A stretch of DNA of 64,000 nucleotides, from assembly GCF_036321535.1 (NCBI RefSeq), contig NC_087447.1, forward strand, positions 51,090,001-51,154,000, given 5' to 3'. This document shows positions 39,116 through 53,190 of this stretch, piece by piece (the stretch's first letter is position 1; the number at the start of each line of letters is the position of its first letter). The translations under genes were made by a program, and so were the position numbers. This DNA comes from Camelus dromedarius (lineage: Eukaryota). The notes under the pieces are model-generated. The model saw only the letters and a program-made list of their open reading frames with translations, was not told where the DNA came from and ran no database searches.

Positions 39116-40169
39116 TACTGGTCTGGGATCACTCAGGAAAGGTTATTGTAGGGATTAGACCTTAAGCTATTAGAGAAGCTGCTAGAGAAGGCTACGTAAG
39201 GCTGTTACATCTGCTCTGATATTTGGCCTAAAGTTTTCAGACGTCAGATAGGCCAGGAGTTGAGAAGGAAAACTGAACCCGATAAATGGGAGAACTAAAA
39301 CCCATGAGGATGAACTAGAATCCCCAAGGACAAACTGGAACACATGAGACAGAATGGAACTCATGAGGACACACACAAACCATGGAACCTGAGTCTGTCT
39401 ATCACTGTGGCAAGAGTTTAGCTAAGCTACTCCATAGTACTGCTACCTTGGTATCCATTTTGTTTGTCCAGGTGGATTGCAGAGACCTTAAACTGACACT
39501 AACGCCCTCAGGGAAGCACATGCCCTGGTAAGCAACCCTCAGTAATAAGCAAATGTGAGTTCCTGACATGACTCCACCAACAGCTCTTGTGACCAATAGT
39601 CTACCATGCTTCCCAGCATCTGTATGCCTATGTGGCCCTTAGACAAGAGCGGCATTGCTTCAGGCCATTGAATTTGTGGTAATTTGCTACAGCAGCTATG
39701 CACAATTGTCCATGAAACTCACTTGTGGCTTTAGGAACAGTGGGAGCTCATTCTTACATTTACAATTTTTATTTGATTGCTGTGGGGATTCTGTCTACTT
39801 CCAAGTATGTATATTTCAACTATGCATTTGAGAACTAGGGAAATAACCACAGGGTTAGTTTGGGGACCCAACTGTAGAGATAAGCCTGAAAAAAACGCCA
39901 TTGATTACCTATCTCTAGTGATTACTCTGCCTCGTCAATCACAGTGCTGTTTCATATCTCCAGGATTTTGTGTCAGTTCAGAGTCAGTGCCCAGTAATTC
40001 CCCTAAAAGTATTTCTTCTTCCTCAAGGCACAACCACCATGGTAAATGTCCAGAGGTTCTTTGGGCAAGGAGGGGGTAGCAGGGACTGGGAATAAGACTG
40101 ACAATATACAGTTTTGTACAGTCAGGTCCTTTTGCATACCAAGGTCCTTCCTCAAGGACTTCTCTTCAT

Positions 40170-43100
40170 TCAATAGGTTGTTTATTCAGTAAATAAGTGA
40201 AATAGAGATTAGGAAAACAACAGAAAATATTAACAAAACTAAGAGTTTCTTTCTTTATACACAAAATTGACAAAACTTGAGCAAGACTAACCAAAAAAAA
40301 AAAAAAAAAGAGGATCCCATTTTAAATTAAATTTTAGATGAAAAAGGAGTCATTACAACTGAGACAACAGAAAGGACTTCTATGAACAACTCTATGCCAA
40401 CAACTTGGACAACCAAGAGAAAAAGGCTAAATTTCTAGAAGATACAACCTACCAAGATTGAATCATAAATAGAAAATCTGAACAAATAGTGAGGATGGAG
40501 ATTCAATCAGTAATCAAAACTTCCTGAAAAAGAAAAGCACAGGACCCGTCTGCTTCACTAGTAAATTTTAAACATTTAAAGAATTAATATTAATCTTTCT
40601 CAAACTCTTACAAAAAAGTTGAAGATGAGAAGATGCTCCACAATTCATTTTACAAAGCCAGCATTTCCCTCATATAAAAGTAAGATAAGGATACTATAAG
40701 AAATGAAACTAAGGCCAATATCCCTGATGAACCCTATAGATGTGAGAATTTATAACAAAATACTAGCAAGCTGAATACAGCAGCACATTAAAAGGATCAT
40801 ACACCATGATCAAGTGGAATTTGTCCCTGTAATGCAAGGATGGTTCTACACATATATCAATAAAACTGATACATCGTATTAATAGAAAGATAAAAATAAT
40901 TCAATCATCTCAATAAACATAAAAATAGCATCTGACAAATTCTGGCTCCATTCATGATTAAAATTCTCAACAAACTGGATGTAGAAGGAATATGCCTCAA
41001 CAAATTAAAAGTCACATATGACAAGCCCACATCTAACATCTTAATGGTGAAAGGTGAAAAACTTTTCCTCTAAGATCAGGAATAAGACAAAAATGCACAC
41101 TCTCACCAATCCTTTTCAACATAGTACTAGAAGTCCTGCCAGAGCAATCAGGCAAAAAAAAAAAAAAAAGGTATCAGAATTGGGAAGGAAGATGTAAAAC
41201 TTTCTCTATTTGAAGATGACATGATTTTATATATAGAAAGTATTAAAGACTCCGTTAGATCTAATTAATGAATTCAGTACAGCTGTAGAATACAAAATCA
41301 ATATACAAAAATCTGTTGCATTTCTATACAATGATAAATATATAAAAAAGAAATTAAGAAAACAATCCCAGTTACAATATCATTATCAACAATACAATAC
41401 TTAGGAGTAAATTTAACCAAAGAGGTGAAAGACCTATACACTGAAAACTATGAGACATTGATGAAGAAATTGAAGACACAAAAAAACAGAAAGATACCTC
41501 ATGTTCATGGATTGGAAGAATTAATCTTGTTAAAATTTCCATACTACCAAAAGCCATCTACAGATGTGACGCAATCTCTATCAAAATTCTAATGGCAATT
41601 TTTACAGAAATAGAACAAACAATCCTAAAATTTTTATGGAATAACAAAAGACCCCAAATAGCCAAAGTAATATTGAGAAAGAAGAACAAAGCTGGAAGCA
41701 TCACAGATAAATGGAATACCATAAAGAGCCCAGAAATAAACCCATGTATATATGTCAATTATTTGACAGCAAAGGAGACAAGAACCAGGATATACAATGA
41801 GGAAAGGAGAGTCTCTTCAATAAACAGTGTTGAAAAACCTGGACAGCCACATGAAAAATAATGAAACTTGACCAATATGTTACACGACACACAAAAATCA
41901 ACTCAAAATGGATTAAAGACTGGAACATAAAACCTGAAACCATAAAACTCCTAGAAGAAAACAGGAAGTAAGCTCCTTAACATCAGTCTTGGCAATGATT
42001 TTTTTGGATTTGACACCAAAAGCAAAGGCAACAAAAACAAAAACAAGCAAGTGGGACCACATCAAGCTAAAAAGCTTCTGCACAGCAAGGAAATCATCAA
42101 CAAAATAAAAAGGCAAACCTACCAAACTGGAGAAAATATTTGCAAATCATATATCTGATTAAGCAATTAATATTCAAGATATATAAAGGACTCATACAAC
42201 TGAATAGCAAATAAACAAACAATCCAATTAAAAATTGGGCAGAGGACCTGAATAGACATTTTTCCTAAGAAGACACACAGGCCAACAGGTACATAAAAAG
42301 CTGCTCATCGTCACTAACAATCAGGGAAATGCAAATCAAAATCACAATGAGATATCACCTCACACCTGTTAGAATGGCTATTATCAGAAAGACAAGATAT
42401 AACAAGTATCTGCGAGGATAAGGAGAAAAGGGAACTCTTGTGTACTATTGGTGGGAATGTAACAAGTGCGGCTCTATGGAAAACGGTACGGAGGCTCCTA
42501 AAAAAAAATTTAAACAGATCCAGCAATATTACTTCTGAGTATTTATCCAAAGAAAATGAAAACACTAACTGGAAAAAATATACGTACACCTATGTTTGCT
42601 GCAGTATCATTTACAATAGCCATGATTTAGAAACAATCTTAAGCAGTCACTGACATAAATGGATAAAGAATATGTGGTATGTATATACAATGGAATATAA
42701 TTCAGCCACAAAAAAGGAGGAAATCTTGCCATTTGTGACAACCTTGATGAACCCGTGTGGACATTATGCCAAGTAAATCGGACAGAGAAAGACAAATACC
42801 AAATAATCTCACTTACATGTCGAATCTAAAGACAAAAACAAAAACAAAAAAACAAGCTCATAGATAGAACATATTGGTGGCTACCAGAGGTTAGGGTGGG
42901 TGATAGATGAAATGACTGAAGACAGTCAAAAGTTACAAACTTCCAGTTACTACATAAATAACTCATGGGTGTCATGACACCATGACAGCATGGTGACTAC
43001 AGTTAATAATACTGCATTATATATTTGAAAATTGCTAAGAGAGCTGATCTTAAAAGTTCTCACCACAAGAAAAAAATTGTAATTATGTGTGGTGATGGAT

Positions 43101-43215
43101 GTTAAAAAAGATTTATTGTGATCATTTCACAACATATACAAATACCAAATTATTATGTTGTATACCTGAAACTAAAATCATGTTATACATCAATTTCATC
43201 TTAAAAAGTTTTTAA
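40170..43215 (+). mobile_element. L1 ORF2 + 3'UTR (L1MA9-like), degenerate
   Basis: RT region ctctatttgaagatgacatgatttt (LFEDDMI); [25 protein letters not shown]; typical 3'UTR. Confidence 0.88.
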
Positions 43216-44642
43216 AGACTGAGACGAAATTTACTTCAAAATGAAATATTTTTGTATTTCAAGTGCTGTGGAATAATTTAAAATTTGTCCATAAATAAAG
43301 ATTATATATAAATTTATGAAAAATTAGTAAAGATCACACAAAATAAAGTCAGAGGAATAAAACTAAAAAAAAAAATAGTTAAATAAACCAGTTGTGAAAC
43401 TTAACCAAAGATCAAATTAAAACAAAACAAATTCCATCTAGAAAATTAATTAAAATGATTCAAAATTAGAACAGTTAATGCTGTCAATAGCAGGTTAAAA
43501 TAAAAACTCATATACCTCTATTGTGAATGGAAATTGCTAAAATCTTTTGAGAAAGTACTTTGGCAACAGGCATAATGAATTTTACTAGTGTTTGTTCTTC
43601 TTGACTTGGTAACACCACTTGCAGGAATCTATTATAAGAACATAAATCAGAACCCAAAGATTTCTCTGTGCTCTTATTGTATAAAAACAGAAAAACTGGA
43701 AACACTCATAATGCCTACCAATAAAAAGTGGGTAAGTAAGTATATCAGACCACTTTCATATCAGGAAATATTTTTAAACCATTTTAAATGATGTTCATTA
43801 AGTTTTAACAATTTATCAAAACGTTTGCAACTATTTTAAGTGAAAAGGAAGAGCAAAATTATATAAATGATATGAGCATAATAATATAAAAATAAGCATA
43901 GAAGTCTGGGAAATATAACAAGTGACAGTCACTCAAGAATAAGACTAAGTGCATTTTAATATGTTCTACCTTTCAGCATTTTTTACATTAAAAAAACTAC
44001 ATTTTACTTCTATGAAAGGAAAAATAAACTGTATTTCATTTTTTAAAAAGCCTCATACTCAAATATACTCTTTTCTCCCCTAAATACCAAATAATGTGTA
44101 AGATTTGCAGCAGACAAGAGAAATTGAAAGAGCTGGGAGTAGTCCAGAGTAGGAACTAGGCCAGCAAAGCTGCTGAGATGGGACACCATTTCTGTCTTCA
44201 GAGTTTTAGGAAGCCCCTAAGGGCAGAAGGAAGAAGCAGGGGCTAGAGGTGAGGCAGAGACATCAGGGTTCATGGACAGAGAAAATGAAGACCAACTAAT
44301 GTAGGCATCAGTACTTCAGACAAGAAGACTGAGGAACAAGGTGTCAGAGAGTCACCTGAATAGAAGGACTGGGAAACTGGAAGCACAGAGAAAGTTCCCC
44401 ACTGAGCCAGATTTGGTCTAAACGTGAGGGTGAGCACAGGTGGAAGGAAGTATAAGAGCTGAGGGTGCTGAGCATCCTTACCCCTCCTCAGATTCAGGCC
44501 TCTCATCCCCCAGCTGTAGAAAGCCTGATTTTGTCCACCCTCCCTTTTATGCCACCAGATCTTTTGAACTTGAGGTAGGATCCATGTGGCTATTCGACCA
44601 AATAGCCCTTACACAAAAGAAAATACAAAATGTGAAACTCAC

Positions 44643-44746
44643 CAATCAAAGCCATTGTATTCATTTGAGGATTCTACCCACACGAACAGCAAAAGCACAG
44701 ACACGCAAAGTGCAGTAAGCAGCCATGGGTAAAATAATAGCTCCCT
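44643..44746 (-). CDS. GDPD4: GDPD4 coding exon: RELLFYPWLLTALCVSVLLLFVWVESSNEYNGFD(W), first transmembrane segment
   Basis: Acceptor ttctcttcccag|AGG, donor TG|gtgagt; 104 nt, phase 0-2; W-x-E-x-x-N-[DE]-Y-x-x-F-[DN]-W motif of the GDE2/3/6 family. Confidence 0.92.
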
Positions 44747-45849
44747 CTGGGAAGAGAAAGAAGAAAGTCTAATTTAGCTCCATTTATCCATGGTACCTCG
44801 GCGACATCTGTACATACTCACCAAAGGTCTGTATAATTGCAGCTCTACATTACCCTCCCCAGGTTAGAGTGACCACTGTATTCTTTACCCCTATGGAATT
44901 TTGTATAAGCCTACATATATAACATTTACACAATGAATTACAATTATGTGTTTATATGCTTGTACCTGATGCAAGTTTCTTCTCTGAGGAAAAGGAACTT
45001 TCGTTACACATCTCTGTATTGCCCGTATCTAGCACAGTTCCTTAAATGTAACTGGCTCTCAATAATCATCTGTTGAATTCATTCACCTCTCCATGTACCT
45101 AATGTTTGTTCATTTATTGAGTGATTCATTCATTCATCATTCATCAGTTCATTTAGTCATTTATCTACCCACATCTGGGGGAGGGAAGAAGCAGGTTAGG
45201 GAATAAACCTTTTTTTGACTAGCTATTTTACACCAATACAATGCCAGGGACTTCACAAGCTACTTTCATTTGCTTTATTTCTCAGTGTAGCCTCGTAAGT
45301 TAGGTATTTTAAGCTCATTTTGCAGAAAAAAGAACTAAATCTCAAGGGGTAAGGTAATTGACTCAAAGTCACTCAGCCAAGAATTGGCAGGGGCACTGCC
45401 CATGTCTGTGAGCTCAAAGCCAGGATGGAGGATATCTTTATGGAGAACTTGTACAAACTGAGACTTGAAGATAGCCTCCATCACTGAAAATCCTATCACA
45501 CACCAGCCAAACCAGAAGTTATCAACTCCTTCCCAGGAACATTAAATTTGGGTTGCTACCTGAGTTATAATCTAACATTTCTACATCACATAATGAGAAA
45601 TTCTCTTTGGGACACTGTAATCTCTAAAATGTGGGTAGAATAATCCCTGCCTTCTCTAAAATATGGGGTTATTGTGAAAGTAAGAATAAAAAAATAAAAT
45701 GGTAAACATAGACAGGGTATTGACATAACCAGTCTGATAAAAGATATTATAGGCAATAAGGCACTAAACCACCACTTCCTGAGTGTAGGAAGATGAAAAA
45801 CACAGGATCTGACTCTGGTTTATACTCATTCTCTACAGAATACGTGTCA

Positions 45850-47900
45850 ATTTTTAAAATATGTATCAGATAAAGTCACTCCCTGCCCAAAACCCTCCCA
45901 GAGCTTTTGACTGTACCAGAACATCATCCAAACTGCCTGCCATGGCCCAAAGCTCCTACATGATCAACCATGCCCATCCCTCACCTCATCCCCTTCTGCA
46001 CACTGACTCCATTTATGAACTCCAGCCACACTGATCTTCTTTCTGTTTCTAGAACATGACCAAATCTGTTTCCAGCTCAAGAGCTTTGTACTTCCTGGTT
46101 CCTCTGCCTGGATTATTTTTGCCCTGAGATGTACACATGGCTGGCTCTATCTCTTCATATAAGACACTGCTCACATAACACTGTTTCAAAAAGGTCTGTT
46201 CTAACCACTCTCCCATCCACCTAGCACATTTTCCTATGTACTATCTCCAAAGCTCTCATCACTAAATGAAACCACCTTTCTTCATTACTGTTTATTACCT
46301 AACTCGTCCCACTGCAGGAGGGCCAGAGGCCTTAGTGGTCTTATTCGGTGTGGCACACATTCAATAAACTTGTTTTTGTTGAATAAATCCATTTCCTAAT
46401 TTTGATTCTCATTGTTGCCATTCTTGCTCAAAAATGTTCAAAAGCTCCTCACTGCTTATAGGACAAAGTTCAAATATTTTAGCTTGAAATAAAGCTGCTT
46501 CATAGTTTGATTAAAATATTCCTTTACCACCCTATCAGTTACCATTTATCACCTTACCTGTCCTTGAGTTCAACAGTGGAAATTCGTTTTCCCCTAAACA
46601 CACCACTGTGCTTCTCTATCTCTGGACTTTCCCCACCTTATTTCCTCTACCCAGAATCCCCTGCACCATCATTCTTACATGTGGAAGACGACTTCCATAA
46701 GTCAGGCACTCCAAGAACAGTGGCAGTAATAGCTAACATTTGAGTGCTAACTGTGTGTAAGCCCAATTTTAAGTGTTTTCCACATTTTGCCTCTTCTTTT
46801 CTCGTAACAAACCCTGTTGGTGAGTACTACTGTTACCACTTCCATCATTCTAATGAGGAATCAATCACCAGAATGTTAGGTAACTTGCCCAAATTTCATA
46901 GCGGTAAAGCTCTAATTTGGAGAGAGTCAGTGGTAAAGCCATAAATCCAGGCAGTCTTTCCCCAGAACAAAAGATCTCCCCTCTTTTGTTATATACTATA
47001 CAGAAATGGGGCCTTGAGAATTATTCAGAAACCTTGAGAATTATATAGTGCAATTCTCCAGTTGTAGAGAGGCTTGGAGATGTCACTTAACCAGCCCAAA
47101 GGCCGAGCTGGAACGAGGACCAAAACGTACTCCCACGCTCTGGTCTAGGGAGTGTTCCATTATACCACACTACCAGGAATGTCACCTTTTCCATGAAGCC
47201 TCCCTTCATCTTTCACTCTATGTCCTTTTTATAGCTCTCTTGTGACTTACTATATCATCCCTAAGTAATAAATATCTGTTGAATCAATTTACTCTTCTCC
47301 ATTTTTCTTATCACTACTCTAGTCCAAGACACCAACATCTCTTACCTTGACTACCACTATTCCTTTCTCTTTCAAGACAAAGACATCTCCCTGAATTACT
47401 CTTGTACCTTTCAATTCATCTTCCACAGGATCATTCCAGAACATCACTCAGGAAACATCAGTAGCTTGAAATCCTTAGGGATTCTTTATGCCCTACATGG
47501 CAGAAGTCAAACTCTTAAAACCACACAATATCTGTCCCATCTCCCTCTCCAGTTTCACTTCCCATCATTTCTCCATTCATACATATCCTCTGCTCCACTT
47601 AAAATAAACCTTACACCAATGCCCTCTGACTCCTCCTCCAATACCATTTCTTCTGCCATCCCCCATTTTTTACCTATCCAATTCTTAATCACCTTTCACC
47701 TTCTAAATGAAGTTATTTTCAGCCCTTCCCTCGCACATGGATGTGTGACTGCATGTAAACGCATAGACACATACACACAATTATAACCCTTCTCACTGTA
47801 TTGAGATTAAGTGTGTACTTGTCTTTTCCTCCAGTAGACTGTGAATTCCTTGAGAGCAGGAACTATGCCTGAAGCACTTGTGTTATCCCCACATAGAAGC
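45850..47900. repeat. L2 and MIR fragments
   Basis: L2-like gtcactccctgcccaaaaccctcc...tcctctgcctgg; MIR-like gctaacatttgagtgct...aggtaacttgcccaa; L2 3' end gtagactgtgaattccttgagagcagg. Confidence 0.6.
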
Positions 47901-48698
47901 TAAATATCTGAGCAGGAAAGATACAGGGACAGAAGAACACTCTGCTTAATCCAGGGAGGACTCCCATTTCCACTGCTTTCTTTGTGTTCCCCATCTCAGA
48001 CATTAGAAACTAGTGATCCAATTGGTCAGAATCTCAGACCCTAGCTATTCTAAGTTTATGATTAAGTGGAGTCATGATGTGGCCTTCTTCTTCCCACTTC
48101 AGTGTGCACAGCATTTGGTGTCTTACATCATACAGCCCTCAAAGGGTCCCAACATATGGCTTAAAGAAAGAAAGAGGCCCTCAATGAGGCTTGACCACAT
48201 ACCATGCCACCACTCAGCCTTATCAGTGATCTCCACTTAGGGAAAGTCAGGTGTTAGCCTGATCAAAAATAAAGGAGCACCCTATTTCCCACTTGCTATT
48301 TCTTCTCATAGTGTAACTCTTTTGGGAAACTTACACTGAAGAGAGAATTAAAGATTCAGGCACTCTTCTACTCCCTAGCCAAAAACATCTAATGGTACCT
48401 AAACCTCACTTTTTCTTTAAGGTTCATTTATTCATAAAAGGAAAGTTGAATAATTAAATAAATGAATGACAAGAAAGAGGAGAAATGAAGAATGAACGTG
48501 AAAGAGAATGAAGAAAACAAGCACATGTTTCAGCAAAGTTAACTCTGGCTCCAGAATTGTGGCAGTCCTTTGATGGAAGAACTAGAGCCCTGGCATGCCC
48601 AGTCCTGAAGACTCTGACGAGCCCTCATGGGGACAGGAACCAGCCCATGTTCCCAGATCTAAGAAGATGTGGTCCAGCACCCTCCCATCTCTCTGTAC

Positions 48699-48887
48699 CC
48701 AAGAGCAGCAGCAGGATCCAAGTTCAGATTTTTTCTCCTGTTTGACTTTCCAGTGGCAGCTGTAGCAGCCAGTAATGGCAGCAACATAGCATTGGTGGCT
48801 GAAGATGTGTACAATCCATGGAATACCCTTTTTCCGTCTTCTTGTCTTCTGGTTCCTAGGCTTAATCCTGTTGGCCTTCTTAGGCAT
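48699..48887 (-). CDS. GDPD4: GDPD4 first coding exon (exon spans 48699-48901, ATG at 48887): MPKKANRIKPRNQKTRRRKKGIPWIVHIFSHQCYVAAITGCYSCHWKVKQEKKSELGSCCCSW
   Basis: Acceptor ...gtcattacag| at 48901; Kozak gaaccATG (A at -3); ITGCYSCHW resembles GDE2/GDPD5 LTGIYGCRW; donor TGG|gtacag is weak, but phase 0 fits the next exon. Confidence 0.85.
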
Positions 48888-49569
48888 GGTTCACCTTTTT
48901 GCTGTAATGACAAATAGAACAATCAGGATCTAGTAATTCTGTCAAATGTTTCCAACCCAACCATTCCACAGGAAATTCCATCAAAATAGATGGATTTAAA
49001 AGGTTTTTATAATCTAGGATAACACACTGGATTAGGTGGAGAAAAGTAGACCTTCATCTGACATTTCCCACTAACTAGCTGAGTGTTTACTGCAGTCATT
49101 GTACCATTCAATGTTTAGTCTTCTCACTTCTAAAATTGTACCATATTCTCTCTCCTGGCCTACTAATAGATGCTAAAGGAATCAAATTAGCTAATATATA
49201 CAAACTTTTTTTTAAACTGTAATGTGCTCTTTAAATAACTTAAAAACTTAGAGACATGAGGGAGACATATGAAAATATGTAATCCTTGACTAGTAAGTGA
49301 CTCAGACACACAGCTGCCTGCCCCTTCCTTTTCTCTCCTCTCCTATAAGGAATTAGTTAGGGTCATCCTCAATTAAGAATTATATTTAAAATAGCAATGG
49401 CTGAAATAAGATAAGATTTTTTTAAATTTTGGCAACAAAAAATTTCAAAGGTAGAAAAAACAAATTATGTGATATGTAACTTTACAATGTCATTAAGAAC
49501 TCAGACCTCTTCCATCTTGCTATTCCACTGTGGAACAGGACTTCCTTCTCAGGGTCAAAAATGGGTCCA

Positions 49570-52175
49570 TATTTTTAAAAGATATAAACTGAACTTCCAG
49601 AGATGAAAGATGTAATTGTCTGAGATGAAAAATACAGTGCTGGGATTAAGAACAGATTACACATTGCAGAAGAAAAGATTAGAGAACAAGAGAATTTGAA
49701 AAGAACAGAGAGAAAATTGTGAGCTGCAGAGCAACTATAAGTATTCTAAGATAAATGTGACACAGTCCCTGAAAAAGAAGAAGGAGAAAGTAAGGAACAG
49801 AAACAGTATTTGAAGAATCAATGGCTGAAAAATGTCCAAATTTGATGAAAACTATAAACCCACAGACCGCATAAACACAACAAACCCCAAAGAAAAGGCA
49901 CATACTAAAAACTACAAAACATATCACAATCAAGATGCTTAAAAAACACTGATAACAAAAAAAATCTCAAAACCATCAGACAGGAAAGACATATTACATG
50001 TAGAGGAACAAACATAAAAATGACCTTTTCACATTCTTTCAACAATGATTTCTCGTTGAAAGCAATGCAAGCCAAAAGACAGTGGAAAGACATCTTTAAA
50101 GAACTGAAGAAAAAACATGTTAGCCTAGAATTCAGCACTTAGCAAAGACAGTTACAAAAAAATAAAATAAAATCTTCCCAGATATTTGAAACCAGAAAAA
50201 TTAATCAATAGGTGATTCATACTATGAGAAGTGTTAAAGAAAGTAATTCTGTATGAAGAAAAAAAGTGTACATGAGAATGAATGCATATCTACATAAAGG
50301 AATGAGGTACACTGGAAATATTAAATACATCGACGGGTATAAAATAATGTTTTCACAGTTAAAAAATTACTTCAGAAGATAACTGACTGAAGAAAAAACA
50401 GTAACAAAGGATACTGCATCTTGTAAAAATTGTAGAAGTAAAATGCATGATAATAGTTCAAAGGCCAGGAGGAGGAAAATTAAACTGTACTGTTTGTTGT
50501 ACAGTTCTCATACTATATGTGAAGTGGTTTAATATTACTTGAAAGTAGATTGTGATATGTGAAAATTGTATACAATAAAGTTACCTCTGGAAAAAGGTGT
50601 ACATGTGTAATAAACCAACAAAGGAGATAAAATGAAATCACAAATATTACTCAATTAGTCCAAAAGAAAGCAAGAAAAAGTGAAAAAGATACATAGAACA
50701 GGAAAACAACTAGAAAGCAAATAGTAAATGCCAGATTTAAACCTAAATATATCAGCAATTCCTTTCAATATAAATGGACTAAATGCTCCAATTAAAAAAA
50801 CAATAATAATATTGTCTAACTGCTAACTGCATTAAAAGAACAAACCCAATATGATATCACTCATACGTGGAATCTAAAAAAAAAAAAAGATAAATGAACT
50901 TATATATAAAACAGAAACAGACTCATAGAATACAGACTTGTGGTTACCAAGGGGGAGGCAAGTGGGAAGGGATAAACTGGGAGTTTGAGATTTGCAGATA
51001 CTGATTGTTACATATAAAATAGATAAACAAGTTTATACCGTATAGCACAGGGAAATATATTCAATATCTTGTAGTAGCTCATGGTGAAAAAGAATATGAA
51101 AATGAATATATGTATATTCATGTATGACTTAAGAATTGTGCTGTACACCAGAAATTGGCACAACATTGTAAACTACCATAACTCAATTTTTTAAAAAAGG
51201 AAAAAAAAAGCCAATGATAACGGTCCTTATGAGAGTTTGGTTTGTTTATATAGAAGGTAAAAAAAAAACTGAGAAAGATATACCTTGTACATGTATCAGT
51301 ATTCCATTATCAGGATAATGCCATGTACCAACCAAGGACAAAACCTCAGTCACATGTAACAATAAGCATTTACTACTCATACATCTGAGCTGATCAGCTA
51401 TCCATCCTGCTGATCTAGACTGGCCTCAGCTAGTATGATTAGAGAACTCTGCTCCACGTCTCATTCAATCAGGATGATCTGAGTACATTCTTATGGTGAT
51501 GGAAGTTGTCCAAGAGAGCAAGTCTCAATGTACAAGCCCACTTCAAGCTTTTGCTTCAAGGGATGTCTTGAAGTCGAAGTCAACTCATGATACAGGGCAC
51601 TGTAAAGTTGCACGGCAAAAGATGTGACCAAAAAAGGGTATAATTAAAGGAGGGTGAGAATTGAGACCAAATGATATAATCTACCTCACTATATTACCAG
51701 CAGATCAAAAAACCTTGAGGCAAAAAGCATTAGCAGAAACAAAGAGGGACATTTCATAATGATGAAAAATTATTTTTAAAAAAGAATTTTCCATTTATAG
51801 GCACCTAATCACATAGCCTCTGAAGGAGAAATAGACAAATCCACAATCATGGTGGAAATAAAGGATACAATACATAGTCAAAAAGTCTGTAAGGATGTAG
51901 AAGACTTTAACAACTTGATTAACAAAATCGTCTTAATTAACATTTATGGAACACTGTACTAAATGACTGCAGAATGTATATTCTTTTCAAATGTAAATGG
52001 AACATTTATCAAAAGTGCACTTATGCCAGAAAGCAGTAAGAAAAAGACAACTAGAAAATTCCACATTTTGGAATTAAATATCATATTTATAAAAAAAATA
52101 CCCATGGGTCAAAGGCAAATAAACATAATTGAAATGAGAAAAGAGTTTGAATTGGATGATAATGAAACTACATGA
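49570..52175 (+). mobile_element. Old L1 (L1MC/MD-like) ORF1 to ORF2 start, with a nested younger L1 3' end (~50830-51210) and a MaLR LTR (~51290-51690)
   Basis: ORF1-like gaaacagtatttgaagaatcaatggctgaaaaatgtccaaatttg; EN start ataaatggactaaatgctccaattaaa; nested tail gctgtacaccagaaattggcacaacattgtaaa. Confidence 0.7.
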
Positions 52176-53058
52176 ACTTGAGGTGATTAGTTGCAAATAC
52201 TAGAGAGTTCAGGAAAGATGTTGTGAACAAAAGTTCTGTGATTGGGAGGAAGGTAAACTGCTTGAGTCTGAATAAAAGACAACATTTTAACCAGAACCAT
52301 TAGTACAACCATTTTCCACATATGCACAGATCTTCTAACTTTGTGTTTATCAGAGTAGCCAAGTTCACACGAAAATCAATAGTATTTAGGAAAAGTTCAA
52401 TAAAGAGTTTCTCTTGATTTCCAAACCCACATATTCAACAGACTTCTGAAATCGCCACTTGGATTTCTCACAGGCACTTCAAAAGTATTATGACCAACAT
52501 TCAACTCTGCATTTTCCCTCCAAAACCTATTCCTCTTGAGGTCAGTCCCATCTCAGTAAAAGGCACCACTCTTCACCCAGCTGCCTGAGGCAAAAACCCG
52601 GGCATGCCTATCAGGATTGAGATACCAGAAAAAGACTCACCCTTCCCTCATAAATAACTAGAAACCTGGACATAATACACGAAACAACTATTTTCAAACG
52701 TTTACTACATACAGGTAGCGTTGGGCAGCGATCTTTGAGAAGAGAAACAAGCCGCGCCCTTCACAGCTGCAAAGACTTCCGACTAAGCTCAGGACGCCCA
52801 GCCCAGCCACCGGGCTGCCTAGGGGCTGGGGGCTTCGTCCCCTTGTCCGATTGGGGCTGGGGATCAACTTAGGTGGAAGCCCTTTGTCTCAGTGTCCTCC
52901 CTGGAGCAGTGGGGTAATGGCAGCGCCAGCTTCACCTGACATGGTGAGCTGACTGGGCAAAGCGCCTCAGGTGTGGCCCCCAACTTGACAGTATTAACGT
53001 AGCTTCTTCTTTCTAGAGATTTTTAAAGGGGAAGCACAGAGCGGGACACAATACTTAC

Positions 53059-53150
53059 GGTGACTTCACAGCCCCAAACCTAAAACTAAAATTCAAGCTG
53101 GAGAAGCCAGCGTCTCTCAAGATGGAGGCCAGGCGGAAGAGGAAGCCAGA
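53059..53150 (-). other. GDPD4: GDPD4 putative non-coding exon 1 (5' boundary approximate)
   Basis: Consensus donor CC|gtaagt at 53058-53053 just downstream of the GC boxes; no ATG within the exon. Confidence 0.65.
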
Positions 53151-53190
53151 CACTGCAGGTGCCGGTGGGCGTGGTCAGGGGCGTGGCCTC
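53110..53190 (-). promoter_or_regulatory. GDPD4: GDPD4 promoter/TSS region: two KLF/Sp GC boxes, ETS sites, YY1-like motif
   Basis: gggcgtggt (53167-53175), ggggcgtggc (53178-53187), gcggaag/aggaag (53133-53145), caagatggaggc (53118-53129); local CpG enrichment 52590-53260 in an otherwise CpG-poor window. Confidence 0.7.

Noticed and set aside
47012..47044. 13-bp direct repeat ccttgagaattat with a 7-nt spacer (similar short repeats at 25353-25380)
   Set aside because: Only two units; ordinary micro-duplication, not an array or CRISPR-like structure.
48659..48922. Second overlapping open frame across the GDPD4 first coding exon
   Set aside because: Its start lies in the intron upstream of the acceptor and exon 1 has no ATG to open it; after splicing it stops in the next exon.
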